Assembly (NCBI GenBank): GCA_965113315.1
Contig: OZ220363.1
Reading direction: 5' to 3' (one strand)
DNA length: 64,000 nt
From: Podarcis vaucheri
Lineage: Eukaryota
Positions within the stretch are counted from its first letter, which is position 1. Every line of letters starts with the position of its first letter. The position numbers were made by a program, and so were the translations under genes. A model generated the notes under the pieces. It did not search any database and had not been told where the DNA came from. It saw nothing but the letters and a program-made list of their open reading frames with translations. This document shows positions 1-34,457 of this stretch, one piece after another.

Positions 1-460
1 GGCGGAGGAAACTTTGTTACAACATGGAGTTCCCTCTTCACGATTTTCTGATACAAACATGGAGCCCAGGCGCGGTTTCAAGCTACCCCTTAAAAGGGCA
101 ATGGCTGCGGGCCGCCCGGGATAGCCGGCGGCGGCGGCCTCCGGAGCGACCCCTCTTGGCCACCATCCATGGGGAGGGGAGGGATTTTGTCCCCCTCCGG
201 TCCTGGGGAGGTGGGAGGGATCCGTTTGATCCGAGTTTGAGATCGACCCGGATCGGACCACAAAGCCGCTTTCATCCTGGTGTTTCGTCTGTTTCCGTTT
301 TGCAAGGCGACGCTCGCGGGCCCCGCCACCGGGATTAGTCGTCGTAGTAAAAACCGCTGATTTCTCCAAGGATCTTTCCCTGCCCTCGTCGCTGTGACGC
401 CGCCACCTCTGCGCCTCTGTAAAGAGACCCGCCGCCTTCCTCCTGAGAGGGGGTCGTTTT
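1..460 (-). promoter_or_regulatory. CpG island; probable promoter/5'UTR start of CTDSP1 (CDS outside the window)
   Basis: CpG-dense. By synteny CTDSP1 follows SLC11A1 on the same strand. The minus-strand CTCCATGTTGTAACAAAGTTTCCTCCG resembles the mammalian CTDSP1 leader as recalled (unverified). Confidence 0.6.
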
Positions 461-966
461 AATAAGAGAGACACTGGATGGATACCATCGATCCAGTTGC
501 AAGCACAAACACCTTGCCCCGTATAGAGCAGGGTTACTCTGGACCAGATGCACCAGAGAGAGATGCAATTGTGAAGTGATGCAGCCATTTCCTCTTTGCT
601 CACTCCTGCTCAGATAATATGAGACCCATGCAGGACCCTGCGTATCTAGGGCGGCGTGGGGGGGGGGGAGAGGCATAAAGCTGGGCTCCAGAAGAATAGT
701 CATGTCAGTCTGTGGGAGCCCTGATATTTGGGTGTGACCCTCTACCAGGCAATGCTTTCAGATTATCAAATTGGAATTCCTGGAACCAGAGACAAAGCCT
801 CAAAATCCTCCCTGAGGAGGGAAGCTTGAAACCAATCACCAGGAACCTGAAGTGTACAGTCCAGGACAAACTTTACTTGAGTCTGACCCTTAAAAGCTCA
901 AAGAGGTTTGTCAAAGCAGGAGCTTTCATAACAGATGCTTACATCACGTGATACCTGAAATAAGTA

Positions 967-1135
967 CCGTATTTTTTGCACCATAACACTCACTTTTTTC
1001 CTCCTAAAAAGTAAGGGGAAATGTCTGTGCGTGTTATGGAGGGAATGCCTATGGGTGGCATGCCTACAGATTTTCCTGCTCTAAAAACTACAGGCGTGTT
1101 ATGGTCCGGTGCGTGTTATAGAGCGAAAAATACGG
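967..1135. mobile_element. Short pogo/Tigger-like MITE
   Basis: TIRs CCGTATTTTT / AAAAATACGG, TA TSD. Confidence 0.85.
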
Positions 1136-1146
1136 TATCTAGATAT

Positions 1147-1804
1147 TGTTACTGGTCACCCCAATGTCGGAGCAGTGTGAGATCCCAGGGTCTGGGCACT
1201 CACCTAGGGGCCGTGTTTCCTTGGGAAATCAGGTGCAGATAGAGACCACGATGTTTTTATGACATGTGCTTTATTTATACATACAGTATATACAACCTGA
1301 GCCTACGATGGAGGGGCTCAAAGCATTGACACCCCAAGAGGTTCTTGCTTCTCCCTATAGCCACAGCAGCCTTGGATTCAAATAGAAATCAAGCATGCTC
1401 CAGAACATGGCTCTGACCCTCTCTCCAGCTTGCTGACTTTAACAGAGTGACACTTTTTCTCACATTGCAGCAAAAACTCTTAAAATTCTACTGCATAGGC
1501 TTTTGTCTTTCTAACTATTTTTGGGTTGAGGGAGGGGTCCCTCTGTTGCCCTCTGGGGCACAGAGCCACTCCCTTTGTCCCCTAAAGAGCCATTTTAGCA
1601 GGCTATGACCAGGCTGACCTGGCAATCCAACATTTGAATCTGTGCTGGATCCAGGAATTAGAAGAGGAACAAGGCATTCAGCCTAACCCCTTCCTCTGAA
1701 CATGATTTCCTGAACATGGGAAGCCAGCCTGGCTTCTTTTTTAGCATGCAAAATCCAGTACCTGGCACCCAGGAATTAGAAAGAGAGTGTCCAGGCACCC
1801 CACA
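1147..1804 (-). mobile_element. Solo LTR-like element (ERV-like)
   Basis: TG...CA ends, ATAT/ATAC flanks, minus-strand AATAAA; second partial copy at 35292. Confidence 0.6.
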
Positions 1805-2819
1805 ATACACATAATAGAGGGTAGATAGAATTGTGTATTGCACAGTGTATAAAACCCAGGAGATCCTTCTGTGTCCTCATATGTGTGCTTGTTTCTGGGG
1901 TTGAGAGAACTGTTCTGCTGCTGTGGTGAAGTGTAGGTGGTTTCAGAGTGGTCTTGCAACCAGCCTTCCCTCCAGGCTGTGTAGGCTGGACTGTTTCAGA
2001 ATTCCATCCTTGGCAGCAAAATTAAAAGCATAGGAATTACGCTGTAAAACCTTGTTTTGAGCAAGTCCAGCTATGAAGTAAGCTGGCGTCCCCCTTCTTC
2101 CTTCACTTAACAGAGAACCAGGCAACAACTTGTAAATTTGAAAACAAGATTTACTTACTTTGTTCTCATGCACTGGTTCACAGCAATGGCACCAATAAAA
2201 ACGATGGAGGCAAAATACTTATATTTACAGTATAACCAGCTTCAGGCATGTGCCTAAAGCTGGAGGAAGTGAAGGCATGTCTGCATCCCACAGTGGTCAA
2301 AGTAAGAGAGAGAAGAACAAGAAATGCTATACGCTCCTTCCTCTCCAGGAAAGCAGCAGAAGTGACACCACACAGAGCCCCCTTCTATGGTCTGAGTATC
2401 TGCCCATTAGCAATACAGCTCTGTGGACTTGGCCCCTTCTCATGCTGACTAGCAAGAATATGTATTTGTTAGGTTTGGCTGCTGATCTCCCACACATACA
2501 GTACAGTGGTACCTCGGGTTACATACGCTTCAGGTTACATATGCTTCAGGTTACAGACTCCGCTAACCCAGAAAAAGTACCAGTCTATTAAATTGCCTCG
2601 CTTTATCTTAAGACTAAGACCAAGGCAAGCTTCAACATCAAGCCAGATTCCCCTCCCGCAAAAAGAATTCCGTTTCGTTTGCCATCTTGTAGCCTGATGA
2701 AGGGCTCTGTAGGACTCTGAAGCTTGCTCACTATTTTGTGACATTGTGTTTGTCTGAATAAAGGTATGGCCCTACTATGGATTTGGGTTTTTCTTCTTTT
2801 TCTTATCTCCTTTTTGCAC

Positions 2820-4500
2820 TGGCGCCCACGCGAGGACACACCAGAAACGCTTTTGCCGAGTTCGACCTCGCTGCCGACCGGCCCCTAGCGCAACAGAGCC
2901 ATTGCCCTTTTAAGGAAGAAGAAATTCTTCGCATAAACAAGCTTTTGGGCCTGGAAGCTGGGTGCCCCGTCCTCGCAAGATTCCGGAGCGATGGGGAAGG
3001 CAGCGGTGCGGGGGTCGCTGGGTGCTGGGAGCGCGGGAAACTTTATCTTCCCCGAGAGAGCCGGCGGCGTAAGAGGAGCAAATCCGGGGCGCCTTTGGAA
3101 GTTGATCGGGAAGGGGAGGGAACCGGAGGGGGGGCGCAGGGGAAGACTTGAAACGGGCAAGGGAGCGTCGGGCAAGAGCGAACCCCGGTCATGGGCGAAG
3201 CGGCTCTTTTGGGTGGGGAGGAGCAACGGCCCAGGCCGGGAAAGTGGGACGCCCCTGGGCGCAAGAGTGCGTTTCTCAGCCAGACGGTCCCTACGAAACC
3301 CGAAAGGCCTTTCCTCCGCGCCCAGCTGGCGCCAGTCCCGCGCGCCTCCGCTCCATTTTCTCTTGGGAAGGCGCCAGGCGCGGGTCTCGCTCAAGTTTCC
3401 CCGCTCGAAAGAAAGAAGAAGGCAGGTTTTCCCCCGACGTGATCGAGGGTGGAAAAGCAAGAATCCCTTTGCGCCCTTTGGAAGCCTTGATGTCCCGGAG
3501 TTAGCAAAAAGCAGGAACAGGAGGGAAGGGTTTTACAACCACAGGAATGACGTCTTTTGAAAAAAGGGAAAGTGGGTGGGGGGAGGAGGGAGAGCGAGAG
3601 ACCTCGCAATCTTATCAAAGTTCCCTATTATGCCTTAATGGCGCCCTCTACCGGCGAGTCCAGGTACAGCAAGGTCCCTTGCGGGGCCCGCGCTTCTTTT
3701 TGCCTGGAGTTTACTTGGTCGTATCCCATCCTGCTTGTCTCCACGTAGAGGCTTTTGTTGTTTTTTTTCCACCGTAAGGGACCGGTTAAAAGTTCCTTTC
3801 CTGATTCTGGAGCGCAGAAGTGCTAGCTTCCCGGGTTAGCTGTCGCTGCCCCGCTAGAGGGTGATACGTTTTTAATTTTTCCTTTTCGAGATCCCCTTTT
3901 CCCCGAATCTCAGAGGCACTTGGAAGGAATCCATGCGTGGGCGAGCGGGGACTAGCCTGTGTTTACAACCCATCCGACCCGACGCGATCCAATAAGCTTC
4001 TGTGGCTGTGCGCAGCGCTAGCCCGGAAAGTCTGGGTTCCTCACTTCGGCTATGATCAAAGAAGGCCTCCAGCAGCCGGTCCCTGAATATCAGGATAAAA
4101 AAAATTCCTTCCAGTAGCACCTTAAAGACCAACTAAGTTATCAGGGTTACGCTGCACATGGCCGCTCCTGCTCCGGTTGTGACCCAAGGCAGAGGAACAC
4201 GCCCCTGGGTGGGGCATAATTGGGCTGTTGCGGATGTCCCCAAGGGCTTTGCCGCTTTAATTGCGCCCACGCTTAATTCTAGCGCTGCTCTTCCCAAACC
4301 GCTTGCATGATTGCCTCTTATAGCGAGCACATCCCACGCGCGTCTTAAGGAGCAGTTTTCTTCTAAACGGTTCAGCGGGCTATTGTAGGAACGCTGCTTT
4401 ATACTGAGTCAGCCCATCATCCATGAAGCTGATATTGCCTGCACTGACTGGCAGTGGCTCTCCGGGGTCCGGAAACCCACCCAGACGGGCGGGGTATTGA
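2820..4500. promoter_or_regulatory. Second CpG island (upstream or divergent promoter)
   Basis: High CpG density, GC box GGGCGGGG near 4487, no coding homology in the overlapping ORFs. Confidence 0.65.
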
Positions 4501-6032
4501 TAATAATGATAATTCTCAGACAGGAAACTTTCCCACCCCGACCTGGAGATGCTGGGAGTCGCATTTTACATGCAAAGCAGATGGTCTAGCTACAGCAGAA
4601 ATTGGCAGGATAAATGGGAACCAAGCTGGTATTTAAAGAAAAATCGGTGCCCCCTCCCCCCCCTTCAGAAAGCATTCTTATTTGTTGTTGTTATTCTGTA
4701 TCATCTAAAATCTAAAAGGGGGGAAATCAGGCTCCAAACTGCTCCACTCAGGTTGCAGACTATTTGGTGGCTTGGGGTGGGTGGATCAATGGTCAGTTTC
4801 TACTCCTTCCCTTTCCATGTCCACTACTTCCTTCGTGCTTTCATTTCTTTCCTGGCTGTGCTTGTAACTTTTCAGTGCACTCCTGAAGGATTTACTGCCC
4901 GTTCTTTTGATTCCTCAGATTTGCACAAAACCAGAAAACCGCACAAGCTAGTTTACAATTGCCTGACTGTGTGCTTTTGCACACTTCTTGTATGAGATTT
5001 AAACAAAAATAACAACATGTGCATGCAGCTACCTGCATGTATCCCATGCTAGTTCTTGATTGGCATAATGGAATAAACAAATTAGGAGGCAGAGACAAAC
5101 ACCAAAGGGGACTCCTACTGGTATGAATAGGAAATATCAAGTTGCTCTTCATATACGAATTCAAATATGGACAGCTGTGGACTACTTAGGTCTAATTGGA
5201 ATATGGAGGGGGAGTGGATTAATGCTCAAATGTGGACAAGCGTTAAGTGTAATTAACTTAGTCTGGATACAACACACCCTCTTTTATGTTTCAGTTATTG
5301 AAGGGCATTGATTTAACACAGTATAATAAAACACAGTTTTAAGAATTCTCTGTCACATTTAACTGTAGCTGCTGAACACTGGTTCTACTGTACTCCGGCT
5401 ACAATCTGCTACCCAGTACTATTCATGAAGACACCTTTTGATTGAAGACAATTGCTGGCTATCTTTCCCTCTTTGGAGCTCCAGCAGACAGCAAAACTGT
5501 GGTTTACAGGACCTCAGGACGCAGCCTGCAAGTGATACTTTGTGCGATTAGATTCCATTTTGTTTCTATCACTCCCGTTGTTTGTGAGGTCAGCTGGGTT
5601 GTCCTGCACAACTTCCTGATTCTTCCCAATGCTAACAATGCCTCTCTGCTTCTCACAATCAGCCGATTTTATCCACCCCCTTATTTCACTGCTACTAATG
5701 AAAACGTTGAATAGATTGCTCATGAGCTCTTAGCATATTCTAGACTTTTTTTGCTTGCCTTATCCAGCTTTTGCTGCTTCTTAGTTCTTACAATACCTAT
5801 ATTGACACCTGTCTCTGTTCTGTTTAAGTTGTCGTAATTTTACTGTGTTGGGTCTGAATACTTTTGAAACGGTGCAAACACATGAAACAATCTGCACATT
5901 TTTCCTACGCCTGGAAAAATCATTTTATACATTCAATAGAACCAAGTGGTAAAGCTTTTCCTGAACTTTAGCATCATTTTAGGCTATAAGTGTGTCATAT
6001 ATTTAAATGATTTTCCATGTGAAACCACTCCC

Positions 6033-6074
<42 letters not shown>
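6033..6074. repeat. (AAT)n microsatellite
   Basis: Direct read. Confidence 0.95.
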
Positions 6075-6075
<1 letters not shown>

Positions 6076-7665
6076 GCCAAACTTATCCTTTAAAAAGATA
6101 TTTCCTGGCAGGTAGTTATGTCACTTTCCCAGCTTCAGCTTAATTTCCCTGATGACCATCTGCAATGTGGGGCTGGTGATACTTGACTTTACAAGGCTGC
6201 TGTAAGGGTTTGCTGAGACAATGTACAAAAATGATTTCAAATATTTGAAATGCTGGTGCCAAACATATTGCTCTGCTCTACTTTGGACCACATCAGTGAG
6301 ACCGAGAGCAGGGTCTTGTCGTCTGGACAGCCCAGGACCTCCACACACACCGCCCAGGCTTGCGCCCTAGAGAGGTCACTTTGGCACACTCCATTATCTC
6401 CCCAGACAGACAGATACCAACAACACTATAAGTGCTGCTGCTGCTATTAGTAGTAGTGGTAGTCATAGTATTAGGAAAACTGGTTGACACAACTGCACAC
6501 AGCCTTTCCATGCTCTTTGGACTGCTTTAGGTGTTCAGTCTCTGACTCTCTCTATGTCCTGGGATTGACTTTTGGGTTTCCTTTTGGTTCAGAGAGGATT
6601 GGGATATATCCCTTAACTGTGTTTCTTTACATGGCTACATTTACCACTGGGAGTGAGGAGTAGCAACTGTAATTTGGTGCCCGTTCAGCTAAGGAGGGTA
6701 GACAGCAGGTTTAGTACTCAGAGTGGAAAGCTTAGCCCTTAGAGACATTCTGAGACACAAACTAATTGGGACGGGATCATCTCTGGAGGCGGCTAATTCA
6801 CTTAGACCTGTGCTGGAGTAGCTATGGTGAGGGCCAAGAGGGATTCACAAGTTGCTTACCTGGAGGACACTTAAGAATGAGCATTGTTCTTGCCAGAAAA
6901 GGCTAGGAAAGTGTCCAGAGAGGGGGGGTGTATGTGGTCTCAGGGCCAATAGACAGGAAGGGAATACTGTGAAAGCAATTAGCAGGCACATTCCCCCCCC
7001 TACTGTAAATAGGAGTAGGCTGAGCACCTCTGGGAGCAGAGCTTCACTTTCCCTCCAAAGATGCTAGTTGGCGATTCTCTGGAAATGCAACGTATAGGTA
7101 TTGGTGGGTAGAGCAATCCAAATTTGGGAGCGAATGACGTGATGGACAGCTTGACACTTCAGAGGTGGCTCACATTGGCATGGGCATGAAGTGTGTGTGT
7201 GTATGGGGGGCGTTGGTTCTCATTCCCAACTTGTTTCCAGTGTGGGGGATAATTTACACTGCTAGCTTTCAGGTACAGTTGATGGGCCCAATCCTGGGGC
7301 CTAGCTGGGGAGCTTTGGAGACAGTGGATCCTAAGCCAACTCCGTCCCACCCAGCCCATTTCAGACCCTACAGCTGGTGAAAAGAAGTATAGGTGGTAAA
7401 TTCATTCCTGCAAAGCTGTTTATGGGCGTATTACTGGTGGAGCCTGTTTCCTCCAGCTGAGGGGCCACTTCTGCCCTACCCTAACTTCCTGCAGGCAGTG
7501 GCTATGGGGATTAGGACTGCTCTGTAAAGTGCCGATCATATTATTGTTGATTGACAATGCAAGCCTTGTAAGCCGGATGCTGAATTTGGGCATGGCAAGC
7601 CTTATCAGGTTCAACTCTCTACTCAGTTAATTACGTTTTGATTTCCTTAAGGTAGGCTCCCTGTA

Positions 7666-8197
7666 CAGTGGTACCTTGGTTCTCAAACGCCTTGGTACTG
7701 AAACAACTTGGAACCCAAACACTGCAAACTTGGAAGTAAGTGTTCTGGTTTGTGAACTTTTTTCAGAAGCCAAACCTGCTCCGTTTTGAGTGTTACGCTT
7801 CTGATTTGAGTGCCACTCTTCCGTTTTGAATGCCACACTTCTGTTTTGAGTGATACGCCGAGGTCTGTCTTTTTTTGCTATTTATTCTGTGGTGTTGTTG
7901 TTTTTTTGCGGCTTTTTCGTTTTGTTTTTGTGACTGTGTGGAACCCAGTTCAGCTACTGATTGATTGATTGTGTGACTGCAGTACATTGTTTATTGCTTT
8001 TATTTTATGGATCAGTGGTGTTGTTAGATAGTAAAATTCATGTAAAATTGCTGTTTTAGGGGTTGCTTTTAAAAGTCTGGAACAGATTAATCCATTTTGC
8101 ATTATTTTCTATGGGAAAGCACACCTTGGTTTTGGAACGCTTTGGTTTTGGACCGGACTTCCGGAACAGATTAAATTTGAGAACCAAGGTACCGCTG
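7666..8197. mobile_element. Tc1/mariner non-autonomous element
   Basis: TIRs CAGTGGTACCTTGGTTCTCAAA / TTTGAGAACCAAGGTACCGCTG, TA TSD. Confidence 0.9.
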
Positions 8198-8210
8198 TAC
8201 TTACTTAACC

Positions 8211-8519
8211 TAGAATCATAGAATCATAGAGTTGGAAGAGACCACAAGGGCCATCAAGTCCAACCCCCTGCCAAGCAGGAAACACCATCAGAGCACTCCT
8301 GACATATGGTTGTCAAGCCTTTGCTTAAAGACCTCCAAGGAAGGAGACTCCACCACACTCCTTGGCAGCAAATTCCACTGTCGAACAGCTCTTACTGTCA
8401 GGAAGTTCTTCCTAATGTTTAGGTGGAATCTTCTTTCTTGTAGTTTGGATCCATTGCTCCGTGTCCGCTTCTCTGGAGCAGCAGAAAACAACCTTTCTCC
8501 CTCCTCTATGTGACATCCT
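8211..8519 (-). mobile_element. CR1 LINE 3' fragment
   Basis: RTRSNGSKLQERRFHLNIRKNFLTVRAV...FKQRLD; (ATTCTATG)n tail. Confidence 0.92.
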
Positions 8520-10058
8520 TTTGTAAAGGATGTTGTAAAGATGAAGGGAAGTAAATACAAGGCACTTAGTATACTGGAACTTTCTGTAGAATTTATAACC
8601 AATCTTTAATTTGACTTTAATTAAAGGGTGCTCCCTCTGAATGTTTCATTTATGCAATTGTTTTCAGCAGACCCATTAGCACAGAATACACAATCCAATC
8701 TCTTTTGGTATGAGCAAAGCATTTTATTGTCTTTTCCTCCAAACAGCCAACTATTTATTTATCTTCTTCACTTTAAGAAGAAACTCACCCCCCGCCCTAA
8801 GTAGCTATAAAATCCTTCTTACACTGAAATGGTCATATTTATTTCCATTACTTCACCCATCAGTTAAAGAGTGAGGCAGTTAACAGAACTGAAGACAAGA
8901 TGTAATCAGTTCACCAGCCCAGAGATAAAACCAGAAGTGCAGGGAAACATGAATATGCTTAGGCCCTTTAAATCAGCCTTCCCCCAACCTTCTGGTGAAT
9001 GGCAGTTGTCTTCAGCAGGTATCAAAGGGACAGCTATCCACCTAGACCCCTCCCCCAAATTTAATTGGCTCTTATGCTTCTGTCAGTCAAAATCAGCAGG
9101 TGAAAGTTATTTGCAGTAGGAGATAAAATCTACCACCTACTAATATCGGCACATAAAGCTGCTGTTAGAGGCACAAGAGCAGAGTCAAGTATAAAAGCAG
9201 GCAATCCTAAATGGTGACAACTTTAGGTGCTGGCATTCTGCTCTCTCACAAATGTGCAAAGGGACCTTGAACAGCCGTACAGATAATTTCAACAAGTGTA
9301 GTTTTTCGTATCCTAGGACGATGACAACTTGTACTTTGCCAGATTTTCCTCTTCCGTGCAATTATTAAAGGCACACGAGCTCCACCAGCCTTTCAACCTA
9401 GTAATTCTGCTTTTCAGGCCATGAAACGTTCAGCTTTTGCCCCAAATGACAACTTTTTGTCTCTAATTCCCCATTTCCTCTCTTCTGTAATACTACGGGC
9501 AACCTACCTGTGTCCTGCTGCCATTGCATGATGCAAAAATAATGCAGAGTCTTGTGGCGCCTTTAACAAACACCATTTGTTAGAGGTGCCACAAAGACGT
9601 GCTTTTGCTTGCTATGGCAGACTTAACGCGGCAGCCCACGAAGGGCAAGAGACCTCAAAAAACTCTGCAAGGAGGGTTGCAGCTGCATCAGCTGCTCCTT
9701 CAAATAAAGTTGAAGAGGCCACTGTGCAGGAGCAGCCGGCAAGTAGGGGCAGTGCCCAACTTCCTGGCAGTCTCCTTGCTGGGACACTTTCAGAGGAGGA
9801 ACACTACTGAACGGCAGTTGCCAGAAACTGCAGGGGGGGGGGAGAATGCTGTTGCACTCAGGTGTGGGCTTTCCCTGGGTATCTGGCTGGCCACAGAGAG
9901 AGCAGGATGCTGGATCAGATGGGCTACTGGCCGGATCCCGCTGGGCTCTTCTCATGTTCTTATGGCAATGCAGGAGTGGGGCAGTGAGGTTGGGGCAGGG
10001 TGCGCACACCAACCGGGCACGATGCCACCACCACCTTGCAGCTGGTGCTTACTGTCTC

Positions 10059-10061
<3 letters not shown>

Positions 10062-10091
<30 letters not shown>

Positions 10092-10348
10092 AAGAAGAAG
10101 AAGAAGAAGAAGAGTTTGGATTTGATATCCCGCCTTTCACTCCCTTTCAGGAGTCTCCAAGCGGCTAACAACCTCCTTTCCCTTCCTCCCCCACAACAAA
10201 CACTCTGTGAGGTGAGTGGGGCTGAGAGACTTCAAAGAAGTGTGACTAGCCCAAGGTCACCCAGCAGCTGCATGTGGAGGAGCGGAGACGCGAACCCGGT
10301 TCCCCAGATTACGTGACTACCGCTCTTAACCACTACACCACACTGGCT
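10062..10348 (-). mobile_element. tRNA-derived SINE with MIR-like core and (CTT)n tail (Squam2-like)
   Basis: Minus strand AGCCAGTGTGGTGTAGTGGTTAAG (A box), GGTTCGCGTCTCC (B box), GGGTGACCTTGGGCTAGTCAC core. Confidence 0.85.
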
Positions 10349-10463
10349 CTAAGCAGTAAGCAGCAGTGATGCCCCTGTTGGAGGTCAGTGCCACAGCACC
10401 TCCCTGCTCCCATCACTATATGTAGCTTGGAGTAGGGGGTAGCGTAGGGAGCCAACAGAAGAG

Positions 10464-10499
10464 TTTATTTGTTGGACTGTCTTCCCAAGAGAGTTTATT
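10464..10499 (-). terminator. Two AATAAA poly(A) signals, probable SLC11A1 3' end
   Basis: Plus-strand tttatt at 10494-10499 and 10464-10469, ~350 nt after the stop. Confidence 0.55.
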
Positions 10500-10857
10500 C
10501 CAGCTAAAATACAAACAGCCATCTTGTCCTGAATCTGGGCATTGGCCTGTCAAGTCCAGGCCCACCTACATGGGGGCGCTGACCACAGCTCTTTCGCAGA
10601 GTCTGAAGATTCCTTGCAGGATACCGGAGATGAACCCCGGAACCTTCTGCACGCAAAGCAGTTGCTCCACCGTGGATTGCTAGCTACCAGTGCTTAAGTT
10701 CATCTCTTGTTGGTGGACACCAGTGTCCTGGAGCCTCTGCCTTTCAGCAGATCCAGAGGGGCAGCTGCTTCCAGTCCAGGAAGGAGGAGGATGATGATTT
10801 AGCAGCCTCTGGCGTGTGTGAGAGAGGGATGGCTTATCACTGCAGCCCATAACCGAA

Positions 10858-33524
<22,667 letters not shown>

Positions 33525-33530
33525 TGAGAA

Positions 33531-33532
33531 TT

Positions 33533-33586
<54 letters not shown>
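33531..33586. repeat. (TTTC)14 microsatellite
   Basis: Direct read; ends 6 nt from the putative SLC11A1 ATG. Confidence 0.95.
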
Positions 33587-33589
<3 letters not shown>

Positions 33590-33760
33590 AGAACTGATGC
33601 AAAATTGGGTATCTACAGATCATGAGCACCAAATTAAAGCAGTCCACATGTCTAAAGAACACAGAGTGATCAGAGGAGGGCAATTCTTGAGAGTGAGCTC
33701 GGTTTAGTCAGTACGGGATTTTCATAAGGAAGCAAAAGAAGGAAGTCCTCCCCTGACCGT
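33590..33760 (-). promoter_or_regulatory. Putative SLC11A1 myeloid promoter
   Basis: ETS/PU.1-like AAAAGAAGGAAGT (33734-33746), AP-1-like TTAGTCA (33704-33710) and C/EBP-like GGGCAAT and TGATGCAAA just upstream of exon 1. No clear TATA box. Confidence 0.45.
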
Positions 33761-34228
33761 AAAAAGTAATAATGGCAATACAAATCTCTGCCCCTTTCTC
33801 CTATCTACCCATGTACAACCCTGGGTATCTTTGCCTATCCAAGGAAGAAGGTATGTTAGATACACTGCTGGTTTTAGTACCACAAAGAAACCTTTCTGAA
33901 AAATGTAGTGGACGTGGGAAGGGAAGGTTGGCACACAATGTCAGAGTCTAGGACTTATCCACACTTACTTTTTGCTCCACTCTTTCCAGGCAGAGTTCCA
34001 CATTTTAACACTTTGTATCAGCAAAAGCGTGGTTTCTTACATGTTTGTGTATCGGGCTGCTTTTAAAAGGACCAGCTGAAAATGTGGTCATCCTAAAGCA
34101 AGTGCATCCTATAATCGTGGATAATCTGATAAATTTGAGAAACTAAGTAACCTGAAGATGTTTCATTAATTTTTAGAGCCAGTTTGTACTACCCTTGATT
34201 AAATCTGAAAGTATGCAAACACCCACAC

Positions 34229-34302
34229 TCCTCTTTCTCTTTCTCTTTCTCTTTCTTTTTCTTTCTCTCTCTCTCTCTTTCTGCCACACACACACACACA
34301 CC
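34229..34302. repeat. CT-rich tract followed by (CA)n
   Basis: Direct read. Confidence 0.9.
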
Positions 34303-34457
34303 ACTTTTGCAACTGGGATTCTAATAGCTGCATGACATCATCAAGAGCTCCATCAAGTGCAGCTTTCATAGTTATCCAGCTAAATATACTATTAGATCAC
34401 AGCATTTATCCTCAGTTTATGCTGGCTCTCTTGTTTCCCATCGAAGTTTTAACAACC

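Noticed and set aside
2777-3777. Long overlapping ORFs (up to 191 aa) on both strands
   Set aside because: Expected in stop-poor CpG-island DNA; no recognisable domain or exon structure.
1-4600. miR-26 hairpin expected with CTDSP1
   Set aside because: No TTCAAGTAAT mature sequence seen on either strand; the host intron would lie left of the window.
5340-5930. Exon-like unique sequence with short ORFs
   Set aside because: No frame gave a recognisable protein; stops interrupt all frames.
8810-8840. Iron-responsive element downstream of SLC11A1 (C-CATTT-CAGTGT)
   Set aside because: Upper stem pairs only 3 of 5, and the site lies beyond the likely poly(A) signals.
9846-10316. Poly-Lys ORFs (also 28967-29290)
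   Set aside because: Translations of (AAG)n tails of a SINE and an RTE LINE.
10470-10833. SECIS element explaining the in-frame TGA
   Set aside because: The only ATGA (~10700) lacks the helix II, apical AA and GA pairing by eye; a SECISearch run would be decisive.
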